DNA of 64,000 bases from assembly GCF_006345805.1 (NCBI RefSeq), contig NC_043002.1, forward strand, positions 112,282,001-112,346,000. The letters are read 5' to 3'. Source of the DNA: Octopus sinensis (lineage: Eukaryota). Positions 51,745 through 63,651 of this stretch are shown here, piece after piece. How positions within the stretch are numbered: the stretch's first letter is position 1; every line of letters starts with the position of its first letter. The notes under the pieces are model-generated. The model was not told where the DNA came from and searched no databases. It worked only from the letters and a program-made list of their open reading frames with translations. The position numbers were made by a program, and so were the translations under genes.

Positions 51745-51966
51745 GAGCTGGCAGAAACGTTAGCACACTGGGCGAAATGCCTAGCCGTATTTCGTCTGCC
51801 GCTACGTTGTGAGTTCAAATTCCGCCGAGGTTGACTTTGCCTTTCATCCTTTCCGGGTATGATAAATAAGTACCAGTTCACTGGGGTCGATGTAATCGAC
51901 TTAATCCGTTTGTCTGTCATTGTTTGCCCCCTCTGTGTTTAGCCCCTTGTGGGTAATAAAGAAATA
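51745..51966 (+). mobile_element. SINE family C (tail 1)
   Basis: Near-consensus sequence; possible TSD tacagtt. Confidence 0.9.
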
Positions 51967-52287
51967 CAGTTATTGAAATGCAAATAAAAGTATAAAATCT
52001 TTCTTCCTGTCTTCTGTATGCATACCTACGAGACTTCATACATGCACACGCTTACACTGGTGCATACCCGTACAGATGTATTCACACACGTGTGCGCACG
52101 CAGACATAATCTCATACACACACATGCACACAAACACACACATAAACGCATGTGCTGATTTCTGATCGAACGTATATATATATATATATATATTTAGAGG
52201 GAAATCACTATGTGGACACCCTTATGCTAGAAAGAAATAGATCCGCTTGGTTTCCCACTAATATGTATATAATACATATATATAATA

Positions 52288-52583
52288 CATCCTTTCGGGA
52301 TCGATTAAATAAGTACCAGTTACGCACTGGGGTCGATATAATCGACTTAATCCGTTTGTCTGTCCTTGTTTGTCCTCCCTGTGTTTAGCCCCTTGTGGGT
52401 AGTAAAGAAACAGGTATTTCGTCTGTCTTTACGTTCTGAGTTCAAATTCTGCCGATGTCGACTTTGCCTTTCATCCTTTGGGAGTCGATAAATTAAGTAT
52501 CAGTTGCGTACTGGGTCGATCTAATCGACTGCCCCCACCAAAAAAAAAAAAATTCGGGCTTTGTGCCTTGAGTAGAAAAGAAT
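52288..52583 (+). mobile_element. Dimeric SINE family C, 5'-truncated
   Basis: Same monomer 1/monomer 2 junction (AAAGAAA.AGGTATTTCG at ~52413) and tail 2 as the 16820 copy. Confidence 0.85.
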
Positions 52584-52619
52584 ATATTAGCAGTCTGTAC
52601 TGTAAAAGATCATACAACT

Positions 52620-52624
52620 ACACA

Positions 52625-52678
<54 letters not shown>

Positions 52679-52828
52679 TACACATATATATATATATATG
52701 CGACGAGCTTCTTTCAGTTTCCGTCTACGAAATCAACTTACAAGGCTTTGGTCGGCTTGAGGATATAGTAGAAGAAACTTGCTCAAGGTGCCATGCAGTG
52801 AACTATTTGGTTGGGAGGCTAGCTCCTT
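52620..52828 (-). mobile_element. SINE family B, old 5' portion
   Basis: Reverse complement of the B head and core (cttctttcagtttccgtctac...aaggctttggtcggc). Confidence 0.7.
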
Positions 52829-52846
52829 ACCATACACACGTCTTCG

Positions 52847-52880
<34 letters not shown>

Positions 52881-52881
<1 letters not shown>

Positions 52882-53279
52882 TAGCAGCATCGCCCGGTGT
52901 TGCTCGGGTTTGTAAGGGAAATAACTATATAAGCATTTTTAGAGATGTAAAGTATAATAGCCATCTCAATATGGCTAACCACAAAGGAAGGGGGGTGTTA
53001 CTGTAGCTTTTTACGTTCTGAGATTTAATAATAAATTTTTAGAGAGTTACTTCCCTTATATATGCCAATAATGCATTAAAAATGGGAAAAATTGATGGTA
53101 AATTATTTTTTAAATCGTAGACTCATCGTAGATGCGTGCTAATACCCAGAAGGGCTCGATATGAATCACGACTATAAGATACCCGGTTTTGGTTAAACTG
53201 CACCGCAAAATGTGGGAGTAGTTAGGAATCTAAATCGTAGGAGACAGACAGCACACAACCTCTCTTTTATATATAAAGA
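52881..53279 (-). mobile_element. Non-autonomous Helitron, copy 2
   Basis: Near-identical to 11910-12305. A|CTAG at the end of a (TA)n; GA|T at the other end. Confidence 0.9.
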
Positions 53280-54119
53280 TATTAGTGCGCTCGCACAAAT
53301 GTCCAGGTTTATTCAGATTTTTTTTATGTATTGGTAGATTGAAATAAGACTTCTTTAATGCAAAATGAAGATGAAAGAATTTGCAATAGAAGACTTCCTC
53401 ATTTTTTTGCACACGCCACTTTTGTTGTAATTATTATTGCACCCTTTTTATTGGACTCAAACACCATCGCCACTGCCGCTGTCCCATGAATCATTATCAC
53501 TGGCGTCTCACTCTTTGTCTGTCTCTGTCTCTCTTCTACGTCAGCAAAAATTCAGCTAATCGCGTGCTGAGTCCCAACTTGCACACATCCAAAAAAATGT
53601 ATGAATAAATAAATAAATAAATAAATAAAATTATTGATAACTGCATCTGCAGTAGGTAGATGTGTGTGAGTGCACGCTGGTGCATTGCATTGAAAACAAC
53701 GACTGCACAAATAAATGATAAGCATAACAGGATCCGATGCTTAAAGTGGTGCTACGCGTCACCACATCTCACGCGTTTGGACCAATGAAAGAAGCGAGAA
53801 ATACTGCATCCCTGTTAGAAGACGTTCAGACATCACCACCAAGATTATTTTAGTCCGAATCCGGAACAGAAGAAATATGCACAGATTTGAAACAGGGTTG
53901 TAGAGATGAAGAAAGTCTGAAATCAAGAGAAACTGGTGGAAATCAAACCCGTTACGTCAGAATGTTTTTGCAGCATTTTTTGTTTTAAATGAATGACAGC
54001 CGATCAGTTGACTGTCATTCATTGAAAACAAAAATCCTTTCATATCTATTTGAACTTCGTTTACTTTAAATACATTATTGTGCCTTATATTTAATGCAAT
54101 ATATATATGTATATGTATG

Positions 54120-54208
<89 letters not shown>

Positions 54209-54306
54209 CCGGAGTAAACACATAAATGTGAAACAAGGTGGAAAAAAGAGTACTGAAATACCAGTGGTAGAGTAATATGCTTTATTTAAAGCAGCAGAAA
54301 ATTCAA
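54209..54306 (-). mobile_element. Penelope-type terminal-repeat fragment abutting (TA)n
   Basis: Near-identical to 59846-59943 (ccggagtaaacacataaatgtg...gcagcagaaaattcaa). Confidence 0.8.
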
Positions 54307-54638
54307 TTATTGGGTGGCGGGAATGTCGAAGAACATAAACCTTTTCCTCATTGAGTTTTCTATAGGGCAAATTTCTACGAAAATATCCACGATTACAAAT
54401 ATACATATTTTTAATCATGATAAAGATATTATGAATATAATAAATTCATAATGGGCATATACATGTATAGTATCTCCTAAACTGACGCTACCCAGACAAA
54501 GACCGAAAATTAATGTTAACTCTTTAGAATTTATTATATTTATAATACTATTATGATTAATGATAATATTTACATTTATAATGTATGCCCTACACTGTAA
54601 TAAAACACACGTAACATGGAATAAAAAAATATACCAAA

Positions 54639-54795
54639 CTAGCAGTATCGCCCGGCGTTGCTCGGGTTTGTAAGGGAAATAACTATATAAGCATTTTTAG
54701 AGATGTAAAGTATAATAGCCATCTCAATATGGCTAACCACAAAGGGGGAGGGTTACTGTAGCATTTTACGATCTGAGATTTAATAATAATTTTTT
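54639..54795 (-). mobile_element. Non-autonomous Helitron, 3' part only
   Basis: CTAGCAGTATCGCCCGGCGTTGCTCGGG terminus plus ~150 bp. Confidence 0.88.
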
Positions 54796-54834
54796 ATATA
54801 TATACGCGTCCGCAAAATCCCTATCCCACACCAC

Positions 54835-55230
54835 AACCTGCAACAGTTGAAATTCTAATAATTGTCTATTGGGAGGATCCTGCTTCATGAACACCGCGGC
54901 GCCCTCACACCACCCGATATTTGTACGATAATCAACACGAGCATGAGTGCCAACAACTTCAAAATGGGATACTCACAGCATATGTACGTCTTCATATGTA
55001 GGAATAGGGAAAACTCTACTTCCTTGTCCCGCTTCATCTGGAAACTCTATGACGATAGAAACATCTCAATTGAGAATCATCTTAATATCAAATAGAGCAT
55101 ACTCAACAGGGCCCCATGTTACTCGCCGGTGGGGTCGCAATTGCCCATTCAGCTTCCAACAAAGGCTAAACATACTCCTGCAGTTTGCAATACCTACCAA
55201 TAGAAAACTGACATTTCACATTGCTTTTAT
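54835..55230 (+). pseudogene. Decayed GIY-YIG endonuclease end of a second Penelope-like element
   Basis: TCNS*NSNNCLLGGSC...NNFKMGYSQH...F...NSTSLSRFIWKL...IK*SILNRAPCYSP, collinear with the 58310-58760 domain. Confidence 0.65.
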
Positions 55231-55535
55231 AAAAGATATGCATTTTTGATGAATTTCAAACCATTGACATCTGATAATCACAATATACCTCACTAAACTG
55301 CCGTTAATGCATCAATACCATGCTTCGTTAAGCGACATTAAAACCTATCGTAGGCGTTGGATTTGCGGTGTTGTTATAATACTCTGTTCCAAACTGAACA
55401 ATGGGGCTAAGTTCCTCTAAAAGAAGCCAACTTGTCCTTTCTTCACCCAGTTTCCCAAACTCCAAAGAACTGGACCTGTTTTGTGTGTGTGTGCGCGCCC
55501 GCGTGCGTTATATATATATATATATACATATAGAC

Positions 55536-55920
55536 GCAGGATTGGCTGTGTGGTAAGTAACTTGTTTACCAACCACATGGTTCCGGGTTCAGTCCCACTG
55601 CGTGGCACCTTGGGCTAGTGTCTTCAACTATAGCCTCGGGCCGACCAAAGCCTTGTGAGTGGATTTGGTAGACGGAAACTGAAAAGAAGCCCGTCGTATA
55701 TATGTATATATAAGCGTGTGTGTGTCTGTGTTTGTCCCCCTAGCATTGTTTGACAACCGATGCTGGTTTGTTTATGTCCCCGTTACAAAAGTGACCGATA
55801 GAATCAGTACTGGGCTTACAAAAGAATAAGTCCCGGGGTCGAGTTGCTCGATTAAAGGCGGTGCTCCAGCATGGCCGCAGTCAAATGACTGAAACAAGTA
55901 AAAGAGTAAGAGTAAAAGAG
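55536..55920 (+). mobile_element. SINE family B
   Basis: Matches the other B copies. Confidence 0.92.
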
Positions 55921-56528
55921 TATATACAGAGAGTGAAAGAGAGAGAGAGGGAAATGTCATTGCTTTTCACAATGTTATTTCATTCCCAGCACCAACCGAT
56001 ATGATTTATAGATCCCGGCTTCCTTCCCAGAAGAAAAGTACAAATCAGCTATATTATGCATCGAGGAAGGAAACTGGGTATGGCTTCTCTGAGGATCGGT
56101 CAATTAACTGTGAAGCGGTCCGTCAGAACGTCCCCTCCTCCTTTTCCGTATATCATTAGTATAGAAACGATATTTTCATTTGTAATGAAGCTTTGTAATA
56201 TTTCAATTCATTTAGTTCTTCAGCTCATCTGAAGTATTGTATATGACACATAAATGTATGTGTTGTTGTTGTTTAGTTTTACACCCAGTGGTATATATTC
56301 TCCGACGTTTAATCGCAACCGCTATATTTTTCTTCATTTTCAAATATTTATTTAGATTTCATTTGCAGATGAAAGGATAGAAATTTTTTTATATATAAAC
56401 GTGAACATACAATAAAGAGTTCTTTACACATAGAGATACACACACGAATAAACATGTAAAAAGGGAGAAATTGAGAAAGAAGAAGAGTTTGTGTACTCTT
56501 GTATCTGTGCATGTAAACATGCATGGGC

Positions 56529-56566
<38 letters not shown>

Positions 56567-57057
56567 GTTTGAGCGGTATGGCATGGTTGAAATGTATTTT
56601 GTTACTTCCACGTTAAACCGCCCTATTAAACTCTCGGCTGTTACGTCTCAAATGAAAACCCCTAACTACAGAGGTCGTCATATGCTGACGTCTTTGGTCA
56701 GCTCCACACATCCGTAATCAATGCCGTTGCTAATTTTTTTTCTGTTTTTTTTTTCTCTTTTCTCTTTTTGTCCTGATATGGCTTTCTTTCATCAGTTGAG
56801 AAGAATTATGTTGATAACATGTTTTACGTAAAACTGCAGCGAATTTTGATATGCTGCTTTATAATTGATATTCACTTCCGGTTAATTGTTGATTTAATAA
56901 CGGTGTTACTACGAACAACTGCACAGCTTCAACTATTTTCTCCTGACATTTATCATTGATTTACTCTATCATTGACTTGTTACTGCTATTTATAGTTATA
57001 TATTTGGTATTTATAGCATTGTGTTACATGTTATCTATCTATCTATCTACTATATAT

Positions 57058-57121
<64 letters not shown>

Positions 57122-57146
57122 TTTATTTTAAGCAGCAGCAAAATTC

Positions 57147-57198
57147 ACAAAAATCTGTTACTCTGAGTTTCTCGTTGCCGTTCATCAGACATTTTTGT
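57147..57198 (-). ncRNA. Type I hammerhead-like ribozyme in the Penelope terminal repeat
   Basis: ACAAAAAUGU-CUGAUGA-ACG(GCAA)CGA-GAAA-CUCAGAG-UA|ACAGAUUUUUGU. Intact core, stem I of 3+7 bp, palindromic helix III ACUC-A-GAGU, predicted cut after 57159. The base pair closing stem II is mismatched (A.A). Confidence 0.7.
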
Positions 57199-58309
57199 TA
57201 GAATGGAACCGATATATCAATTCAATCTAGACTCTTACAAACGCTACACCTTTAAAAGAAATGGACTTGTTTGATTGGCCCTTTAGAAAAAAACGGTCAA
57301 TCTTCGAGCGATAAACAAAAAGGTCAAAATATATGTATATATATATAAAAAAGCTTATAAAAATTATAAAAATTATAAAATCCGAGGAAAAAACCTTACA
57401 TTGAATAAAATACATATTGACATTAATGAAGAAAGTATAAATTAATTCATAGGAATGAAACCTGTTATAAATATTACACCGCAATACATATTTTTATTAA
57501 AATGTGCATATATATATCAACATACACAAAAAGGATGCGCGCCAACGTCATACATATACAGACGTATGAATAAAAATCTAAATATACACATAAATGCATG
57601 TGTACATATATTCACGCAAAACCATCTCGCACGCAAGTTAAAAATCGTGTATGTAGCGATTCTCATATACTGAGTAAGGGGGGGAACGAAAGAAAGGAAA
57701 GAGAGAGAAAAAAGGAACGAAGGAGGGGTGGGGAAAAAAAAACGAAATAAGAAAAATTATTGTATACAATCTGTGTAACGGCGTTATTGGCATATATGGA
57801 GGCAAGTATACAAACAAGTTCGTATGGATACATACATACAGTCGTGTATATGTGTGCTTAAGCACAAACATACTCTCACTTACTCATACACAGATACGCA
57901 TGCTTACAAATACATATCCTCGCGGCTATACACATACTCACATCAACATTTTAATTTTGACAACATTGCTTTTTGAAAAAACATTGCTTTTTAAAAAGAA
58001 TGGGTGCATTAATAAATATATACGAAGACATATAAAATAAATAACACTTATTTTGGATCATTATAAATAATCAAGGTAATATAAATAATCAGGGTAATCC
58101 TATACAATACAGTAACCTGAAAACAGGGTCGAAGGTTCTTTTCTGATGTATATGTAGAAACATAAGACTTTGCTATACGGATTAGATCCGCATAGCTTGG
58201 AAAACAAAATCCATTGTAGCGCTCATCGTTCAAGAGTCAAATCAATTTCAAAAAGCAAAAAAATACAAAATATATACTCTATCCATATGGTATATTTATA
58301 TTCGACATT

Positions 58310-59758
58310 TTAAAATTTAGCCGCGTGCCTACATAAGTTCATTAGCTCGCTTCTTTGATTCAAAGAATTATTGTCTTTGAATAAGATGTACATTTTTTCT
58401 AATAGACAAAGTTTGCACTTGAAATTATTTTGTAAGCTCCATGCCTGTATGGTGCCGCCCTGTCCAGAATGCTCCATGTCACGTTGAAAGGTGGGGCTTC
58501 CTTTTCTTTTAGTTTCCCAGACATATTTTGCTAGGCTGGTCTTCTTCCTATTCTCTGGGTATTAAATGAATTTTTATGAGAATAAAATCTTGTTTTAAAT
58601 GAATTTTCTGAAGCCCCTGAGTATGTCTTGTATTCTGATGAGCCTTTCCACTTGCACCTTGGCTCTATAAACTACTCCTTTCACTAGACATTTCTCTTCT
58701 AACGGACAGGAGCTTTCGTTTTTGAAATTGCATTTCTTAATGGGCTCGGCACCATGTCTAATCTCAATTAGCTTCCTATTATGTTGGCTAATGTAAGAGG
58801 CGAAATTTCTGCAACAAGAATAGCTAACTTTTAGGGTTCTTCTATTAAAAATCCTATAGAATTTATGACCCTGCTTAAAATGCTTAGAGACTAATCTCAA
58901 AAATTCTTACCTATATTAGTCTTTACGGCCAATTGAAAGCCGGGTTGAACCACAAAACTTTCCTGGTCCTAGTTCTTCGTGCAGCATTATTATCAGCATT
59001 AAGCTGGTTGAACTGGATCTTCTCAGAGAATCCACTATTCTTTATGCGCTATCGTAATAAGGTGCAGCATTATGGAATGCTGCCTCGTCCGAAGAAATTG
59101 AAGATATTCTTCTACCTACATTGCTGACTAAGTTCCTAAGGATAACTGGTGGATGGTTTGATCTTTGCTAATATACGATAGCTTTTCATTGGGCTTACGG
59201 AAGGTTTAAATCTATCCGATCTTACATTAAAATTTACGTCTAAAAAATCTACACTATTCAGGTTAGCATCTATCGTAACCCGTAAGCACATCCTTTGAAA
59301 GAAAGCTATGAGGTCCTTCCTAAGTCTATCTGATTCATGGCCGTTTAGATTATGCGTGGCTATAAGGCCGTCATCCCTATATAAACCTGCATCTATAAAA
59401 GGGAATTCTATTTTTAGATTATGGAGAATAAAGGCTCCTATGAGCATACATAACTCAGCCCCGTCGTATGCCCCCATCGGTACATCGAAAAGAGAATCCT
59501 CGGTCTTCTTAATCCAGGTGGAATCCTCGAAAAAAAGAAGCGATTTCCTCGCATGCATAATAATATCAATTTCCGAGCTATCGATGTTGACATATTGCTT
59601 GGCGAAGTCCAATGCCCTTAGGAGCAACGTCCTAGATATTGACGGGTAAAAGTCAATAATGTCGAATTGTGTGAAACTACAATTATTCTTATAGCTAATA
59701 CCTTTAAACCACTCTATGACTGACTTACTATTCTTCCAAATTCTCAAGTCCACTTCGC
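58310..59758 (-). pseudogene. Penelope-like RT-GIY-YIG polyprotein, C-terminal ~480 codons, frameshifted
   Basis: FDIIDFYPSI, DVPMGAYDGAELC, GLYRDDGL, VDFLDV, RKPN, SNHPP, WFNP, FNRRTLKVSYSC, CN..N..SCPL..KCL..GVVYRAKV, YSGASENSFKTRF.SHKNSF, TSLAKYVW.LK, WSIL, CKLCLLEK, LNQRSEL..LCRH. About eight frameshifts and one internal TAA. Confidence 0.92.
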
Positions 59759-59845
59759 TATATATATATATATATATATATACATATATATTTATATATA
59801 TAACATATATACATGTACATATACATACATATATATATATATATA

Positions 59846-59992
59846 CCGGAGTAAACACATAAATGTGAAACAAGGTGGAAAAAGGAGTACTCAAATACAA
59901 GTGGTAGAGTAATATGCTTTATTTAAAGCAGCAGAAAATTCAACAAAACCTGTTACTCAGAGTAACAGTTTTGTTGAATTTTCTGCTGCTTT
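59846..59992 (-). mobile_element. Penelope terminal repeat with inverted truncated copy (head-to-head palindrome 59925-59992)
   Basis: aaagcagcagaaaattcaacaaaacctgttactc-a-gagtaacagttttgttgaattttctgctgcttt, flanked by (TA)n on both sides. Confidence 0.85.
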
Positions 59993-59994
59993 AC

Positions 59995-60025
<31 letters not shown>

Positions 60026-60562
60026 TACACACACTATATATATATATATATATATAATATATATTTGTTGCCCTTAGCCCTGTTTTTTCTTGTGCTTGTG
60101 CGTATATAGACGTGTGTATGAACCTTATGGGTGCGTGTGTGTGTGGAATTGTATATATATTATTTGGCGAATAGTGCGGCTAAGAATGTGTACGTTTCAA
60201 GTGAGGGTGGATGAGTGTATACTTTTAGGCGCATGTACATGGGTGTGCGGGCGTGCACACTATGAACTTTTTACCTCCTTACTTTTACTCCCTCTCCCTC
60301 AGCGATCATCGAAATAGCTCTTTTGTCTTAATAACGGTCAATCACACAGTAATTTCCCTTTGTTTAACGGTCATTCTCATAGCAATTTGTCAAATGGCTG
60401 GACAACTGAAGAGATGCGGCGTGGATTCCCACCTCGGCATCCAAAACTTGGAGTTTTATCATGGCTACCGAATAATTGTCACATACTACATTTACAGATA
60501 AATTCCTCTATTTACATAATATCGAGGTCTGTTTCATTCTTTTGTTGTCTTACCAGTTTTAT

Positions 60563-60606
<44 letters not shown>

Positions 60607-60815
60607 AATAATATATATATCTATATATTTTTATAATGTAAAGTTTAATAGCCATCTCAATATGGCTAACCACAAAGGGGGGTGGTTACTGTTTAGCCCC
60701 AGGAGATCATCGTCTCCAGCTGGCTTTAGACACACTTTCTGTGCCCTTTGGTATTTGCAAAGGGAGGCCATCCCTTTCTCGTAAGCCTGAATCATCGTGA
60801 TCCGGTGATTAACGC

Positions 60816-60854
60816 CCGTTGATAAGAGACAATAATCTCGAAACCGCGGTCCGG
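60816..60854 (+). ncRNA. Type I hammerhead ribozyme candidate with U3-A8 covariant core, capping a long hairpin (60751-60903)
   Basis: CCG-UUGAUAA-GAGA(CAAUAA)UCUC-GAAA-CCGCGG-UC|CGG. Helix III palindrome ACCGCGGU; stem I extends through ~40-bp inverted arms at 60751-60790 and 60865-60903. Confidence 0.75.
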
Positions 60855-61659
60855 TGCGTATCACTCAGGCTTACGAGAAAGGATGGCCTCCCTTTGCAAA
60901 TACTAGATGTTTTGCAGTTCTTACCATTAAATAAGCGGGAGTTTGGCGAATAGTGTCTCAGCAAATGTATAGAGTGTGAGTGAATGATATAGATGATGAT
61001 GAAAACAGAAACTGTGAGAGAAACTTAGAGAAGTAAAGAAAAGCAAAGAGAGAATTTAGGAAATTCGCATATAATATCGAAATGGAGGAGACGTTAGGAA
61101 AAGGGAAAATATGCGACGTGAAACCGTGAAACTAATGAAAGAGAGTAAGCGAAAGTAAAAAAAATAAGATTAACTGAAAGATGACAGAATGAAACATACG
61201 AAGAAAATAGTTCACAATTCGCAGAAAATAAAAATCATAAATTGCTGAACGGAAGCAGAAATAAAACACATTACTTTTGACTTATCCAACATTGGTTTAT
61301 GCCATAAAACACTTGTCACCTCCCCATCTATCCATCGCGATCCTTCACAAAACTACTTTCCCAACCGCAATAATAGAGTTGTATTTAATTTCCATAATTA
61401 CAATATGATGATATACTTCTATGACTGATATGAATATTTCCGTATCACATGTGAGCATTACATGTATAAATGCCTACTTCATCTTCGTGATACCATCAGC
61501 GTCGTCGGCGTCGGCGTCGGCGTCGTCGTCGTCGTAGTTGCAGGAATTAGTTTTGTAATTTGTGTTTTATTTTAATCCTGTAACTGCTCTTGTTGTTGTT
61601 GTTGTTGTGTTGCTGTTGCTGGCTTCAGACTGTTTTTGATAATGATGATGATGATAATG

Positions 61660-62130
61660 GTGGTAGTCATGGTAATGCAGGTGGTGGTTGTGGTGGGGGC
61701 GAAAATGACAGTACTAGTATTACTGCTGTTACTGCTGTTGCTGCTGCTGTTGCTGCTGCTGTTGCTGCTGCTGTTGCTGCTGCTGTTGCTGCTACGGCTG
61801 ATGATGATGATAATGATGATGATGATGAGGAGGAGGAGGTGGTGGTGGTTCTGGTTGTGGTGGTGGTAGTGGTTGTGTGGTGGGGTGGTGGTGGTGGTGG
61901 TGGGGGGGGGGGTGGGTGGTGTTGGTGTTGGTCGTAGTGTTGGTGGTGGCGGTGGGGTGGTGGTGGTGGTGTGGTGGTGGTGGTGGTGTTGGTGGTGGTG
62001 TTGTGGGGGTGGGTGGTGGTGGTGTGGTGGGTGGGATGGTGGTGGTGGGGTGGTGGTGTTTTGGTGTGGTGGTGGTGGTGGTGGTGTTGGTGGTGTTGGT
62101 GGTGGTGGGTGGATAAGGAGGAGGAGGAGG
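61660..62130. repeat. Compound (GCT/GAT/GGT)n low-complexity tract
   Basis: Degenerate triplet repeats. Confidence 0.93.
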
Positions 62131-63074
62131 AGAAAGAGCCTATTGTTGGTTTTTGTTAAAAAGTGTCTTCCACTCTAGAGTCTCTATTTGTTACTATTTC
62201 TATATCTATTTTTATTGCTTAGTTGTGTTGTTGTTGTTGTTGTTGTTGTTATTGTGGTTGACGCAGCTGTTCCTATTATTGTTGCTGTTATTGCTATTGC
62301 TATTATTTCTTTTGCAATCCGTATTTGGCGTTTTCGTAGTGCCACAAGTTCATCCTTCCATCTACTCATATTTTTTTCCACCCGCAGCCACTTTACAGTT
62401 TTCATAAAAGTGAATTCATCATTTGTTCACTGATGAGAAGAGTTGCCACCCTCTCTTTAATTTCCTTGTCAGGCAAAGCACATACATAATTAGGGGTCAG
62501 AATGAAGGGAACCAACAGTGTTTGTAAGCTAGTGTTATCTGTTGTACTGAGTGAGTATTATTTGGATGGCTGCGGTCACATTCTTGCGATTATTTAGCAC
62601 GGAGGCAGCACGTGGAAACACTTTGCTTTATAATGTTTTATTTAGACTGAATGAAAGCTAATTGTCTCTATGAAAGAATGTGGTTACAGTCATTGTTTTC
62701 ATTCACTCTCTTTCTTTCTCCCAGTCTATAAAAAAAGTCATAGATGCAACACGCCCGCGCAAACACGTATATGTATATATGTATGTAAGTATATATACAT
62801 AAAGAGATTGAGAGAGAGAGAGATGGTAGATATGATATATGTGTGTGCGTGTGTGTGTGCATGTCTGCATTTGTATGCATGTTCGTGTATGTACACATCA
62901 ATTAAGGATATCTATAGCTTTTGAATGCTGTAATTCTGTCTTTCTGTGTGTGTGTGTGTTGATGTATATACTCATTACAGATATAGGGTAGAAAAGAATT
63001 AACGGTCTTTTGGCTGCTATTTCTAAATTTTCGCTATGTGGTCAAGGAACTTGTTGCTATAGAGAGAGAGAGAA

Positions 63075-63125
<51 letters not shown>

Positions 63126-63311
63126 TGGTTTTACACGCATGATTGTATTTCTATATGTTAATGGTTTCTTGTTATTCCACAAGGAGGCTGTATCTTGAAC
63201 GTAGTATAATGTGTCTAAGACGACGCACTTACATATACAGAAACATAGTGATGCAAACACATGCACATACATATATCTAAAACACACACCGACATACACA
63301 GTCGCACACAA

Positions 63312-63353
<42 letters not shown>

Positions 63354-63480
63354 ACACATAAATGGAGATTAGCATAAATGTACTATATTTCCCAGTCAGA
63401 AATAAATAATGCCCCATTTGTAGAAACACTATTGGTCTTTGAAGGAAATTTTTGTAGACAAATTCCTTATATCATAAACG

Positions 63481-63620
63481 TAGGCATGAGGCTTGTTTCC
63501 CATCCACATGGTTCCTGGTTCAGTCCCACTGTGTGGCACCTTGGGCAAGTGACTTCTTCTATACCCTTGGGCCGACCAAAGCCTTGTGAATGGACTTGGT
63601 TGACAGAAACTGAAAGAAGC
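63481..63620 (+). mobile_element. SINE family B, 5' half, diverged
   Basis: ccacatggttcctggttcagtcccactg...ccttgggcaagtg...gaaactgaaagaagc. Confidence 0.8.
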
Positions 63621-63651
63621 TACACACACACACGTATATATATAGGGAGAA

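Larger units (their letters stand above)
57122..59758 (-). mobile_element. 5'-truncated Penelope-like retroelement (RT + GIY-YIG ORF, ~1.1-kb 3' region, terminal repeat with hammerhead), bounded by (TA)n
   Basis: ORF remnant at 59758-58310. Terminal-repeat sequence at 57122-57200 recurs in the same orientation at 59925-59958. Membership of the intervening 3' region in the element is inferred. Confidence 0.75.

Noticed and set aside
58310-59758. Selenocysteine recoding, as reported for some Naiad elements
   Set aside because: The conserved Cys positions I checked are TGT/TGC and the internal stop is TAA. The TGA in the 54835 remnant falls at an Arg position (CGA decay).
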